From assembly GCF_009914755.1 (NCBI RefSeq), contig NC_060931.1: 64,000 bases of DNA, one strand, 5' to 3'. The notes under the pieces are model-generated. The model was not told the origin of the DNA. It did no database searches and saw only the letters and a list, made by a program, of their open reading frames with translations. Source of the DNA: the human T2T-CHM13v2.0 reference genome, Homo sapiens. Every line of letters begins with the position of its first letter. The first letter of the stretch is position 1. Shown piece by piece: positions 1 through 13,135 of the stretch. Made by a program: the position numbers and the translations under genes.

Positions 1-745
1 TATATCTGTTATGGTGGTCTGTGATCACTGATATTTGGTGTTACTATTATAATTGTTTGGGGGTACTACAAACCATGCTCATACAAGATGGTGAACATAA
101 TCAATAAATATTATGTGTATTCTTATTGCTCTATTCACTGGCCATTCCCCTATCTCTTTCCTTCCCCTCAGGCCTCTCTATTACCTGAGACAAAAAATAC
201 TGAAATTAGGCCAATTAATAATTCCACAATGGCTTCTATGTGTTCAAGTGAATGAAAGAGTCACATGTCTCTCACTTTAAATTGAAAGCTAGAAACTATT
301 AAGCTTAGTGAGGAAGACAAGTTGAAAGCTGAGCTAGTCCTCCTGTTCCAAACAGTTAACCAAGTAGTGAATGCAAAATAAAAATTAAGTTCTTACAGGA
401 AATGAAAAGTGCTACTCCAGTGATCACATGAGTGATAAGAAACCACAAAAGGCTTTCTGCTGGTATGGAGAAGTGTTAGTGGTCTGGATAGAAGATCAAA
501 CCAGCCCCAGCATTCCCTTAAGCCAAAGCCTAATCCAGAGAAAGGCCTTAACTCTCTTCAATTGTATTGGGATTGAGAGAGGTTAGGAAGCTGCAGATGA
601 ACAGTTGGAAGCTAGCAGAGATTCATGCATGAGGTTTAAGGAAAGAAGCTATCTCCATGACATAAACGTACGAGGCGAAGCAGGAAGTGCAAATGTAGAA
701 GCTGTAGCAAGTTATCTAGATTATCTAGCTGAATCTTTCATGAAG
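1..745 (+). mobile_element. Tigger1 DNA transposon (TcMar-Tigger), 5' part with degenerate transposase N-terminus; rest missing
   Basis: Follows recalled Tigger1 consensus: ACAATGGCTTCTATGTGTTCAAGTGAA start region, GTGGTCTGGATAGAAGATCAAACCAGCC, GAGGTTTAAGGAAAGAAG. ORF 605..793 (RFKERSYLHDINVRGEAGSANVEA) is transposase-like. Confidence 0.92.
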
Positions 746-749
746 AGCA

Positions 750-1314
750 TGAGGAGTGCTTTACTTCCAACTATGTGGTCAGTTTTGGAATAAGTGCAGT
801 GTGGTTCTGAGAAGAACGTATATTCTGTTGATTTGGAGTGGAGAGTTCTGTAGATGTCTATTAGGTTCGCTTGGTGCAGAGCTGAGTTTGATTCCTGGAT
901 ATCCTTGTTAACTTTCTATCTTGTTGATCTGTCTAATGTTGACAGTGGAGTGTTAAAGTCTCCCATTATTATTTTGTGGGAGTCTAAGTCTCTTTGTAGG
1001 TCTCTAAGGACTTGCTTTATGAATCTGGGTGCTCCTGTATTGGATGCATATATATTTACTATAGTTAGCTCTTGTTGAATTGATCACTTTACCATTATGT
1101 AATGAACTTCTTTGTCTCTTTTGATCTTTGTTGGTTTAAAGTCTGTTTTATCAGAGACTAGGATTGCAACCCCTGCCTTTTTTTTTTCCATTTGCTTGGT
1201 AGATCTTCCTCCATCCCTTTATTTTGAGCCTATGTTTGTCTCTGCACGTGAGATGGGTTTCCTGAATACAACACACTGTTGGGTCTTGACTCTTTATCCA
1301 ATTTTTCAGTCTGT
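750..1314 (-). mobile_element. L1PA internal fragment, ORF2 endonuclease region
   Basis: Antisense L1 ORF2 5' sequence: TGAGGAGTGCTTTACTTCCAACTATGTGGTC, GAATCTGGGTGCTCCTGTATTGG, CAGAGACTAGGATTGCAACCCCTGC. No 3'UTR or poly(A). Confidence 0.9.
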
Positions 1315-1532
1315 ATCAATTTGATACAGCATTTTTATTGCTTAATTTTTACCTTCTATTAATTTGGTAGCTATATGTTCTTCTATTATTCTTTTAGTTC
1401 TTACCCTAGAATTTGTAATACACATTCTTTATTAATCAAAGGCTAAAATAGGTCAGTTCTTTCACATCTTCCCGACAAAATAAGGGCCTGAGAATATTTC
1501 TTTTTACCCACTCCTGATTTCTATATTCTTGA

Positions 1533-1918
<386 letters not shown>

Positions 1919-2749
1919 TCATATTTTTGTTTTTGCCATTCTTTCCTAGTTTTTTGGAGCTTCCATCTGAGGCTTTTCTACCTAAAAAATACCCACTAGC
2001 GTTTTATTTAGTATAGGCTTAATGGTGATAACATGTCTCATTTTTTTGTTCATCAGTGTTTATTTTGATATATGATATATTTAATGTAAGAAAAATGACT
2101 ATTACATTGCATGAAATTGGATACTCTTATAAACATATCTATGCCTACTATTTATCTAAAAGGACATTGTAAATGATGCATGTTGAGCTTTTTACCTCCG
2201 CAACTTTCAGTATTTAATTGTGTAAGACCCATACATAAGTTTAAGGGAATTGTCTAAGAAATGATAAAATGGTGGTTGAGTATTGAAAAACAATTAGTTT
2301 TATTAAGAAACTAGAAGAACTACATGGACAATTAACAAAGTTATATTAAATAATTTATAGGCCTAATGCAGAATTCAGCAACATCTGATCAGTTTAGTAA
2401 AGTAATAATTCATCTACATGCTTGTAGATTAAAATTGTAATTCTTGTCAACAGTTGGCCATCTAGAATTTGGTTTCGGGATACTGTGCAAAATAATGCTG
2501 GAAGAGAATAGAAAAGCAAGCTTCTACAATAGCACCATAGTATGTGTAGTATAGAATCATTGAGGTCACCACTCCTATGCCCTCTAAGTCAAAGACAGAT
2601 ACTAATGATCAAATTGCAAGCCTGGCATGAGTTCCTTAGTATAAACGGATGAAAACAAGCATAACAAATATACCAATTAACACCTAATTACATATTTTCT
2701 GTCTTCGCCTTATACTCTAATTCCTGAAAAAGTATTACATTTGTGTATT

Positions 2750-3313
2750 TGATGTTCTTTGTGCATCTGGTAAAATTTAGCTATGAATCCATCTGGGAGT
2801 TTTTTGGTTGGTAGGTTTTTAAATTACCAATTCAGTTTCAGAGTTCAATATTGGTCTATTCAGGGTTTCAGACTCTTCCACATTTAATCTTGGGAGATTA
2901 TATATTTTCAGGATTTATCCATTTCCTCTAGATTTTCTAATTGGTGTGCATAGAGCTGTTCATAGTATTCTCTGAGAATCTTTTTTCTGTGGGTTTGGCT
3001 ATAATGTCATCTGTCATTTTTTATTGAACTCATTTGGGTCTTAATTTTTTCTTTGTTAATCTAGCTAGTGGTCATCCATTTTGTTTATTTTTACAAGGAA
3101 CAAATTCTTGGTTTCATTGATCTTTGTATGGATTTTTGCATCTTAATTTCATTTAGTTCTTTGCTAGTTTATTTCTTTTCTTCTGGTAGCTTTGGATTTG
3201 GTTTGCTGTTTTCTTCCTAGTTCCTTTAAGTGCAAAGTTAGATTGTTAATTTGAGATCTTTCTAACTTCTTGATAAAGGCATTAGTGCTATAAACTTTCC
3301 TGTTAACATTGCA
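2750..3313 (-). mobile_element. L1 (L1PB/L1MA-like) ORF2 fragment
   Basis: GCTATGAATCCATCTGG, TTTATCCATTTCCTCTAGATTTTCTA, TTTGAGATCTTTCTAACTT are typical antisense L1 ORF2. Confidence 0.75.
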
Positions 3314-3569
3314 TTATTACAGATTTATGGACTAGTAATATAGTTGTAGTTAAAATATATGGTTTATTTCATGTTCTATGTTTTTGTAGTAATAAAATAT
3401 ATAATTATTTATATAATTATATAAATAAAATATAATAAAATGATGTCTCTATCTTGCTAAATTATGTCTCTTACTCATCACAAATAAATTTTAAATTAGC
3501 ATTTTAAAATTAATAAAACAATTTGGAAAGTAGAAAAAGAAGAAAATAAGGAAATGTATTGTATCCTCA

Positions 3570-3915
3570 TGTCTTAGTTCATTTTGTGCCACTATAACAG
3601 AATAACCAAGACTGAGTAATTTATAATAAACAGAAATTTATTGGCTCACAGTTCTAAAGGCTGGAAAATCCAATATCAAGGTGCCAACTTCTGATGAGAG
3701 CCTTCTTTCTGCATAATTACATCGTGGAAGGTGAGAGGGTGAGAGAGGGCAAGATGGGGCCAAACTGGTCATTTTATAATGGTACCAATCCCATCTATGA
3801 GAGTGGAGCCCTTATAGTCTAATCATGTTTTAAAGGTCTCACCTCTCAATACTGTTACAATGGCAATTAACTTTCAACATGAGTTTTGGTGAGGATAAAC
3901 ATTCAAACCATAGCA
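3570..3915 (-). mobile_element. MaLR solo LTR (MLT1A0-like)
   Basis: TGTCTTAGTTC...ATTCAAACCATAGCA termini; internal TTTATTGGCTCACAGTTCT and GGCAATTAACTTTCAACATGAGTTTTGG. Confidence 0.85.
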
Positions 3916-4032
3916 TGTTAATATCTGTAATTCTATTAACAGTTATACAAAAGATAAATACTGCCAAAATTTGGATCATTGATATTTATATTTTTATATA
4001 GTTTCAATCAAACTTTATAATTTCATATTCAA

Positions 4033-5338
4033 CTTTTTCTTTTTTAAAAATTTATTTATGTTTTATTATTTTTTACTTTAAGTTCCGTGATAGATGTGCA
4101 GAAGGTGCAGATTTGTTACATAGGTATACATGCGCCATGGTGGTTTGCTGCATCTATTGACCCATCCTCTAAGTTCCCTCCCCTCACCCCGCAACAGGCT
4201 CTGGTGTGTGTTGTTCCCCTCCCTGTGTCCATCTGTTTTCATTGTTCAGCTCTCACTTATGAGTGAAAACATGCAGTGTTTGGTTTTCTGTTCCTGTGTT
4301 AGTTTGCTGAGAATGATGGCTTCCAGCTACATCCATGTCCCTGCAAAGGATGTGATCTCATTCCCTTTTTATGGCTGTGTAGTGTTCCATGGTGTATATG
4401 TATCACGTTTTCTTTATGCAGTCTATTGATGGACGTTTGGGTTGATTCCATGTCTTTGCTATTGGAAATAGTGCTGAAATAAACATGTGTGCATGTGTCT
4501 TTATAGAAGAATGATTTATATTCCTTTGGGTATATACCCAGTAATGAGATCAGTGGGTCAAATGGTATTTCTGGTTCTAGATCCTTGAGGAATCGCCACA
4601 CTGTCTTCCACAATGGTTGATCTAATTTGCATTCCCACCAACAGTGTAAAAGTGTTCCTATTTCTCCATAGCCTTGCCAGCATCTATTGTTTCTTGATGT
4701 TTTAATATTCACCATTGTGACTGGCTTGAAATGGTATCTCATTGTGGTTTTGATTTGCATTTCTCTAATGATCGGTGATGCTGAGCTTTTTTTCATGTTT
4801 GTTGACTCCATAAATGTCTTCTTTTGAAAAGTGTCTGTTCATATCCTTCACCCGCTTTTTGATGGGGTTGATTTTTTTTTTCTTATAAATTTGTTTAAAT
4901 TCCTTGTAGATTCTGGATATTAGGACTTTGTCAGATGGGTAGCTTGCAAAAATTTTCTCCCATCCTGTAGGGTGCCTGTTCACTCTGATGATAGTTTCTT
5001 TTGCTGTGCAGAAGCGCTTTAGTTTAATTAGATTCCATTTGTCAATTTTGGCTTTTGTTGCAATTGCTTTTGGTGTTTTCATCATGAAGTCTTTGCCCAT
5101 GCTTATGTCCTAAATGGTATTGCCTAGGTTTTCTTCTAGGGATTTTATGGTTTTGGGTTTTACATTTAAGTCTCTAATCCATCTTGAGTTAATTTTTGTA
5201 TGAGGTTTAAGGAAGGGGTCCAGTTTCAGTTTTCTGCATATGGCGAGCCAGTTTCCCAGCACCATTTATTGAATAGGAGGTCCTTTCCCCATTGCTTGTT
5301 TTTGTCAGGTTTGTCGAAGATTGGATGGTTGTAGATGT
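4033..5338 (-). mobile_element. 5'-truncated L1PA (L1PA8A-like), 3'UTR plus ORF2 C-terminus
   Basis: T-rich tail and ACTTTAAGTTCC 3' end; CCCATCCTCTAAGTTCCCTCCCC motif. ORFs 4299..4811 (HCWWECKL..PLWKTVWRFL) and 4765..5100 ([19 protein letters not shown]) are L1 ORF2p C-terminal sequence split by a frameshift. Confidence 0.95.
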
Positions 5339-7289
5339 ACTTTCATTTAATAATGTAGTTTAAACAGTTTTAAGACATCATTCATAATCACAATATATTT
5401 TATATAAATGTAATATTGAATCATTGATTGTTTATGCTATTTTCAAGTAATTTTAAAATAAATACTTATCTTTGAGTCAAACCCTTATTAATTAGTTTGT
5501 GATTTTAAATTATTTCTACAGAAAGTGTAATTAAATGCTAAGAGTGCATAAACTTTAAAAAAGGCATTTGATACACAATGCCAAATTTCTTTCTTAAGGT
5601 GGTATAATAATATATATTTCCACAGAGAATCCATGAGATTGGTTGGTTCCCTGCAGTAAAATTAGCTTCCACTGTTACCATTAAAAAAAAAAAAATTCAG
5701 GTTGAAATTGCCTTTCTCACCTGAGTCTGGTAAGTTTCCATTTTAAGTGCTGTATATTGGTATTCTGAATCCCTAGGAATTAGAGAGTGCTCAGAGCAAG
5801 GGCCACAATCCTGAAAGGTCTGGGTGTTTCCTTTTGCCAGTGCAATTGATGCAGGTCCCTTTAAGCCTACTTTGTTCAAGGAGCTCTGAGTATGTAAACT
5901 GACGTAAGCCTGTAATATGGGCGAAGGGCTATGGTACTCTTTATCTCACATCAGGTTTCTGTGTTTCTAGTTCAAGAGTTTTTTCAATTTTACATGCAAA
6001 AATAGCCTCTTGGTGGGCTGCCCATCCATTTCAGTCTGAGGAACCTAAAAATTCATGAACTAATTCTTATATGATTACTATGCAGGCTTTATTTCCTATT
6101 ATTTAGAAACATGGAACATAAAGCCTGTGAAGAACTGTTTTTCTTATCCAAAAGTTACCCACTGACTCAATAGATAAAGTGGAGGTAGGTAGACATTATT
6201 CACAGCTGAAAAGAAAATATTTCATGTGCTTCAATTTCTAATTTAGAGAAATGTGAGATAATGTATTTCTAGTTTTAGAGAAATAGCCACTTTCATGCAA
6301 AATATCCCATAAAAGTGTTAGTAGAGTAACAATGTTCCCATTGAATTAGGTAGAGTGATTCTTTCCCATTTCTATTATGAAGCAGGTTAGAGAGATAATA
6401 AAAGGGTTGTGTCTTCAAAGAGGGAAAGGTATTTGTGTCAGATTTGGGAGGGGTGTATCTGTTATTCTTTTTTTTTTCTTTCCTTATTAAGTGATAGAAA
6501 ATCTTCAACTCAGAGGTATGAAGATAGATATGTTTGTGAAATTGGGAGGTGTTTCTGGGAAGGGTAGCAAAAGCCACCTCTGATTTGGTGTGGGAGGTGA
6601 GGAATGCACAGAAGTATACTGTGACAGACTAAGACCCAAAAGCAAAACAACCATGAAAAGAACAACAATAGCGTGATATGAAAAACCTAGCAGTGGAGAG
6701 GGTAGGTGGGAGAGCACCAATCAAGGACCAGGTACCTACAGGTATAGATGATGTTTTAGAAGATTTTTAATATTCTCTATTAATGGAAAGATATTCTATG
6801 CTAGTGGTGGCTCAGGAGAAAAGTAGCAGATCCTTGTGAAGTTTACCAATGCCTTGAAGTCAGGTAAAAAGGCCACTGCCTATGAACTCACATTGTCTAC
6901 ATCAAGGTGATGACTAATTATCTCTATTATTTTATGCAGAAGCAAAAATGACCAACATAGAAGGGACCCCCAATTTCCATTCTCCAAAATGTGCACACAA
7001 TATTTTTTCTTCTTGAGAATAATGAGGAGTGATCTTAGCATAAAGAGCATCCTTTCCTTCAAATCCAGCAACAACAACAAACATCCAAATTTTATCTGTG
7101 GAAATAGAAAAAGCTGAAGTCAGATTGCTCTCAGTTTCAATGTTTTATGTTTCACCTATTTCCTTCTTTTATTAGCAAAATGTCTTCTTTTCCAAACTAC
7201 TGGCTACATGATGATTCAGTCTTTGAGGATAGAGGTAACTGCCTAAAGTTAATTGTCCCATAATAGTTACTACTATTGTACAAGAAAGG

Positions 7290-7630
7290 CATTCTCAAAA
7301 TAGCAGGATTGAGATGCATTATAAAGACCATCTACTTTCACATTCTTACTTTACAGATGAGGAAACTGAAGCTAAAGAAGGTTGAGATATTTGTTAAATG
7401 TAATTTTCTGTAAATGCTCTTATTTTTAAAAAAGTATTTATTATTGGAAGTAGGATATGAACTTTGGGACTAACTGAATTAACCTTATAACTTAGTTTTT
7501 TTTAAATGCTTTGTTTTACTCTTCCATCAAATGTGAATAACATTATCTACCTGTTATCTTCTGCACAAGAATTTTATGAAAATAAATGTTCCAAATATAT
7601 ACAGAAAAATCCAATGTCATAATGTAATTA
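7290..7630. mobile_element. Two degraded MIR fragments in opposite orientations
   Basis: MIR core TTTACAGATGAGGAAACTGAAGCT (~7350) and a weaker + strand relic at ~7450-7630. Confidence 0.55.
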
Positions 7631-8283
7631 TTGTTTGGATTATATATGATGATCATTAATTGAGGTTTGCCTTAAGATGGTAGAATATTGGATAAAGCAA
7701 AGAGGATTAGTGTTAAGTAATAGAAGACATACTATATAAGACAAGAATTTATCAATTTGTAAGATTGCAATAGGGCCCTTAGGATATAATTTGAATGACA
7801 GCAATGAGATGTGGTAACTTATCTAGTACCTAAAATTGAGTTGTCATCTGAATTTTGGGAGAAATGAACTAAATGGAGAAAATTAGAAATTATAAATACC
7901 TCACAGCCCAATGCTTGGATATCAACTACTTTATGTTGCATTTTACTTAATTCAATCTGTACACCTTTTCTGAGAGTGTACTTTAGAAAAAAGATAACAA
8001 TTTGGAACAAATTGTTTCTTTGAACTGTTCTTTCTAGATATTAGACTTTTTGTGATAATGGCACACTTCTATCCTAAGGTGAATCATTTGAACACACAAA
8101 AACATAATAGGCTCTGTCTTAGAGTGAATTCTGAGTGGTGTTGGCAGCTGTACATTTTAAAGGAGAAGATTAATACACATAAACTATCTGGCCTAGCTGA
8201 AACTACTGTTAACGTTTGAAACTGCCAACTTTATCTTATTTAAGTGAAAAAAATTACAATTTTTTTCCCCAACAAAGACTTTT

Positions 8284-8445
8284 TATAAAAGCAATAAGGT
8301 GATGGCATGAAGTGTGCTTATCCTGCTGTAATCACACCCCAGGGGGAATGAGAGGTGCGCCACTGCACCTCTTACTTTGTAATGACCCAGGGGTGTGATT
8401 ATCTTATGATAACCACACTCCCTGTCATGCCTTATTGCTTATATA
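8284..8445 (-). repeat. Ancient palindromic element, MER134/Eulor-like (Crypton-related DNA transposon relic)
   Basis: Nested inverted repeats seen directly: 8284-8299/8430-8445 (15/16), 8311-8322/8408-8419 (11/12), 8329-8340/8390-8401 (12/12), 8351-8358/8365-8372 (8/8). Minus strand AAGCAATAAGGCATGACAGGGAGTGTGGTTATC...CCTTATTGCTTTTATAAAA resembles the recalled MER134 consensus. Confidence 0.75.
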
Positions 8446-11400
8446 TTCCACATGTCATAATGAATCCTGAAGCACTTTCTAGGTCTCATAGCAAAGGCAA
8501 TGACTTTGAAGTACAGGAAGTTGCCAGATTTTCTATGTACACACAGATTAGTATTGTATACATTATGAAGAATTATGAATGACTACTTTTAAGTGACGAC
8601 CAAGCCAGGGTTATTGGGGAATTTTGGCTTTGTGCCTTAAAAAAAAAACTCTTTCTTTGGCTACCTTTTAAAAAAGTTTTTATCTGCCTGCTCTAATTTT
8701 GATGACTGTTAAATTATTCTGTTTCTACAGGGTACATTATTCTCCTCAAAAAACCATCAGAGAAATAACATCTATGACATAATTATCTTGTAGTTACTTG
8801 ATAGGATGTTTTACTATGAAAATTGGAGAATGATGAGCTCGCCAACACAAAAATTAGTTTCATTTGATTTTAAGTGCCAATTATTCAAGAATTATAACTA
8901 CTGTAGCTACAGATTTCTAGATCTTCAGGTGTAATATTTGAGGGAGGGGCATTAAGAAAGCCTTTTAATTTATTCCGCATGATTAAGAATCTTTTTTCCC
9001 TCAGATGTTAGAGTTGCTGTATTAGCTGTAGTTATAGTGTAGGTTTTATGTTATTTGGAGATAACAATTTAGCTTTGAGATTCTTCATTGCAACTGTTAA
9101 TATATTCAAATTAAAGTAAGTAGCATTAATAGTAGACTTATAGAAAGGAACAAAGATCAAGAATAAGAGATTTCTGAATCCAGCATAAAGGTTTAATATA
9201 AGACAACAAGGTAATAAACTAAGCAATTATTTTTGATGCAACTTGCACGATTATCATAACACAGAGTCAATCTGCACCTGAGGGAGAGATTTCTAAGTAA
9301 TTTTGTAACCTTCAAAATATACAGAACAGTCAACATTTAAGTCCTACCGTCTCTTACATAGAAAAATCTGCAACACTCCTTTTATCCTGTCATTGTAACC
9401 TAGGCGATGAAGACGGTGGCCTTTCACTGTGACCGCTGATGAGTTGACTCAATGTTTGTGTCAGCTTCAGGATCAACTATGTTAACCTTAGGTCACTTCA
9501 AGGAAAACTGTGTATGGAAAGTGATGATTATTTAGCTGCCTACTGCATTGGCAGAGATTCTTCTGATTACCATAAAGGTCAAATATGCACATTTTGACTG
9601 GTAGTAATGAGTAGTTTTAAAGATGTTTTAGCCTTTTCTTAATCTTGCAGTGTCACTAAGGCTTCTATTGTTATGCACCAAAGAATGTGCCTCTAATTGT
9701 ACCATTTGCCCTATTGTAGCTTGTACATAGAGCCAATAGTGTGATGTTCCTTGTGATAACTGCCTGCCACATGTCCTAATAATTATTAGCCTTCAATAAA
9801 TTTTATAATAAGGTAATCCAAGTCTGGAAAAACCAAAGGTTCTTAAAAAGTTGAAAGCAATATTTAAGAGGCTTATGTGTCAAATTCTGATAATAGCTAG
9901 AACAAAATAGCATATTAACATACTTTTCAAGATATGAAAACCTTTTAAGAACTGGGAAGTATCTTAAAAGATTTAAAATGCTAGATGTGTATATATGACA
10001 TATACATGTTTGTGTGTATGTGTACATATACTCACATACATATATATGTGTATTTTGTTCATATATTATTTAAAAGTTCATAAAAAGGCTTTTGTCATTT
10101 GATTTATCTAAAAATTAATATTTGTGGCAAATTTTCTTATTAACAACACGAATGGGCACTGCAGGTAGAAATAAATTTTCTAGAGAAGAATTGATAGTGG
10201 CATTTAACATGTATAAGAAATATGCAGTATGGTTCCATATTTAACACATCCAAGCAATTAGTTCCTCGGGTATTTTCAAAGAAACCGGCTTTAAAATTGA
10301 CAGTTTCAAAGGATCCAAAATGCCATTATACATACACAAAAAAAGGAATAGATATGTATAATGCTATTTAAAATATAAATCCCAACCAAATTCTGATGCT
10401 TCTCTGTAAATTGAGTAGGAATGAAACAATTCCAATTTCTTCTTTGTATTTCAATGACTTCTTGGATTTTCATAAGGGCACTAACTAACCTCTTTGATAT
10501 TCTCTACTTTAATAGCTGTCAAACTTTTCAAAATCCACTGTAGGTGAGTAAATACAATAGAAAAACTAAAAGTAGCTGGAGAAAACACTAATTGGAATGT
10601 ATGACAAATTAGGTTGAAAACATAAAAATGTAGGTTAATGCTTCAAGTTTCCATCCTTTTTAGATATATTAAAATGTGTGGATATAAGAATATAAGAAAA
10701 ATAGATTCCATATAAGTACGAGGTTAAAAAGTAGATTTACTTTTGGCTGCCTTTGAACTTCTAGTCTTATTTTCCTAAATTAAGATAAGATATTATGCTG
10801 AAACTAGTGGTAGAGTGACACCAAAGCCAGACAGTAAAATTTAAATTTTAGTACCATTAGAAGAGAGATTTAGCATTTTCATATTTTATGGCCTTATTGA
10901 AGTCTTAAAAATGAACATGATTATCTTATGGAAATAACAAGTAAATATTTTCAGTATACTATTCATAATAATTTGAATTTATCATACATATAAAATATGG
11001 TAGACATTAATTCTCACATAATTCCTGCTGTGTCTATTATATGAATCTATATGATTCAATCAGAATTAATATATATTGGTCTAAGTTCGTGTTATACCAA
11101 AAATACAGATTAAAATTGAGCACATTTATTCTACAGATAACCAAAACATCCATGAGAAAATTTACATTTGTGCCTAGGATATATACATAAATCTTATTTG
11201 GATTATAGGAATACCAGTAACATTTGAAATCTAAATTTCTTAATCATTGGTAATGAAAAATGGCAAAAGATAGGAGTTTTATTTTTTTAATTTTTTAAAT
11301 TAAATTGTTTTTTATTGTTTTGTAAATTTGGGGGCAAAGAAAACTATCAAATTTGAAAATGTAATAGACTTCCAGTTGTGAACTGGGTGTTTTTTCCATC

Positions 11401-11666
11401 TTTTATTATGTTGTTTGGAAAAAATGAAACAGTGTATGTGGGTATACCGAACTAAGGAATGTGCTGTTTCTTAAGTTGCCTATTATACATTTCAAATTAG
11501 TAGTTAAGATAGTCTCCTTTTTGGTACTGTTGCTCTATTTAGGAAATTCATTATAAATATTGATGATTCTTCTTCCTTTGTTCTTTTTTAAACAATATTT
11601 AAGATCTGCAAGTGTCTACTTGGAATCCTTTTTCTACACCTTACTCCTGTAATTCTTTAATGCCAT

Positions 11667-11691
11667 TGTGTGTGTGTGTGTGTGTGTGTGT
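11667..11691. repeat. (TG)n microsatellite
   Basis: About 12 perfect TG units. Confidence 0.95.
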
Positions 11692-11909
11692 AATATGGGA
11701 AATATAAAGCCAAAGAATAAAAATTAATAAGGCTAGTGGACAAAATAGATATTTTCAGATATAGAGGGGAATAAATTATAACTGATTTTCCTAAACTGAG
11801 AAATAGGTACGTTGCTTCTCTTAAATTTTTCTTCCACTGTGTTTTCCATTGAAGTCTGTGTTTTGGTCTGTATGTGGTTAAGTTTCGTGTACAAAAAGTA
11901 CCACAATCC

Positions 11910-12902
11910 CATTGGTGTGCTGGAGTCAGCTTGTTCTGGTCCACAGAGCTGATTGTTAAATTTTCAGGAATTTTTTAAGCCAGTTGTTAAAAACTCTTTT
12001 TCCTATAACATTATATTAGAAGTGAAAAAAACATTGTTATTAAAAAATAAATTTTATAAACTCATAATTAAATTAAAAATAAAGGTAATAGATACTTATA
12101 AGTCATTACATCCTAATTATGTTATTACATTTTACTGTTATCTATGCTCTTGATGTTACTTAAATTTCTTATATCTGTATGGTGAAAATACTTTATAATG
12201 TACTATTGCACAATTCTTTTTGCTCTATTTTCAACGGTATTATGTTGTAACTTGAAATTGGCCTTGGTAGGAGTACTCAAATCTTGGAAATTGGTAAACA
12301 CAACAAATCAGGGATTGGTTAATTGTTTTGTGGATTGCCTGGACTTAAGAAAGTGATGGAGATAATGTTAATAACACAGTCTAAATATATGAGGTGCGTA
12401 TTTAGCTATTACATTGTAACTAGCACCAAAAATTTGAGAAAATATTATTTTAGTATTCAAAAACTATTATACGATTCAGTGACATAGTCATTAACATCAT
12501 TGATACATGAGTAAAGTTCTGAATCAATGAACACATCTTAATGAATGTGTTCATTATTTCACTTTTATTAATATAAATGAAATTATCAACTAACATTCAA
12601 GTTGGAACTGTACCCATTCAATCATGGGTTGGCTCTGGATACATCTGGCAAAAATTTAAAACGGCATCCTGTGAAAATCAATTGGCTATATGGAATGTAT
12701 CAAGAAAAGAATTTTATCTATTTTATTTTAGTATTATAAATTAGGTTCTACACATCTTTTATCAGAAAAAATATAGTAAGCTTATGTAGTTTATATATGT
12801 AGTTTATATATGTGCATGTGTATATATTTATACACATATATACACACACGCACATATATGTGTGTGTGTCTATTTATATACACACCTTTATTTCCCTAAG
12901 AG
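11910..12902 (+). mobile_element. MER63C/D-like hAT-Blackjack non-autonomous DNA transposon
   Basis: CATTGGTGTGCTGGAGTC terminus, GATTGTTAAATTTTCAGGAATTTT, CTTAAGAAAGTGATGGAGA, AATCAATTGGCTATATGGAAT. (TA/CA) low-complexity tract at 12785-12885. Confidence 0.8.
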
Positions 12903-13054
12903 TCACTATGCAAGAGAGATGCAGGGAAATACTAACTTAGCAGTAGCTCATTCTACTTTTTAGAATCTCCAGTTATTAGAAAGTTCTTTTATACTAAGAA
13001 AATATTGTTTGATTATATAGCTACCCATTGATCTTTGGGAGTTACATTAAGTAA

Positions 13055-13135
13055 TTTTTTTTGTTTTTTTGAGACAGAGTCTCGCTCTGTCGCTCAGGCT
13101 GGAGTGCAGTGGCGCGATCTCAGCTCATTGCAACC
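13055..13135 (-). mobile_element. Severely 5'-truncated Alu (3'-terminal ~65 bp plus tail) with TSD
   Basis: Poly-T then GAGACAGAGTCTCGCTCTGTCGC...GCAACC, flanked by TAAGTAA at 13048-13054 and 13136-13142. Confidence 0.88.

Noticed and set aside
605-793. 62-aa ORF as a domesticated Tigger gene (TIGD-like)
   Set aside because: The upstream transposase frame has stops and indels, and the ORF runs into L1 sequence.
2090-2720. Possible processed pseudogene or retroviral coding relic
   Set aside because: The frames I translated have frequent stops and no recognisable protein motif.
4299-5100. ORFs of 170 and 111 aa as a host gene
   Set aside because: They are frameshifted L1 ORF2p C-terminal remnants of a truncated L1PA.
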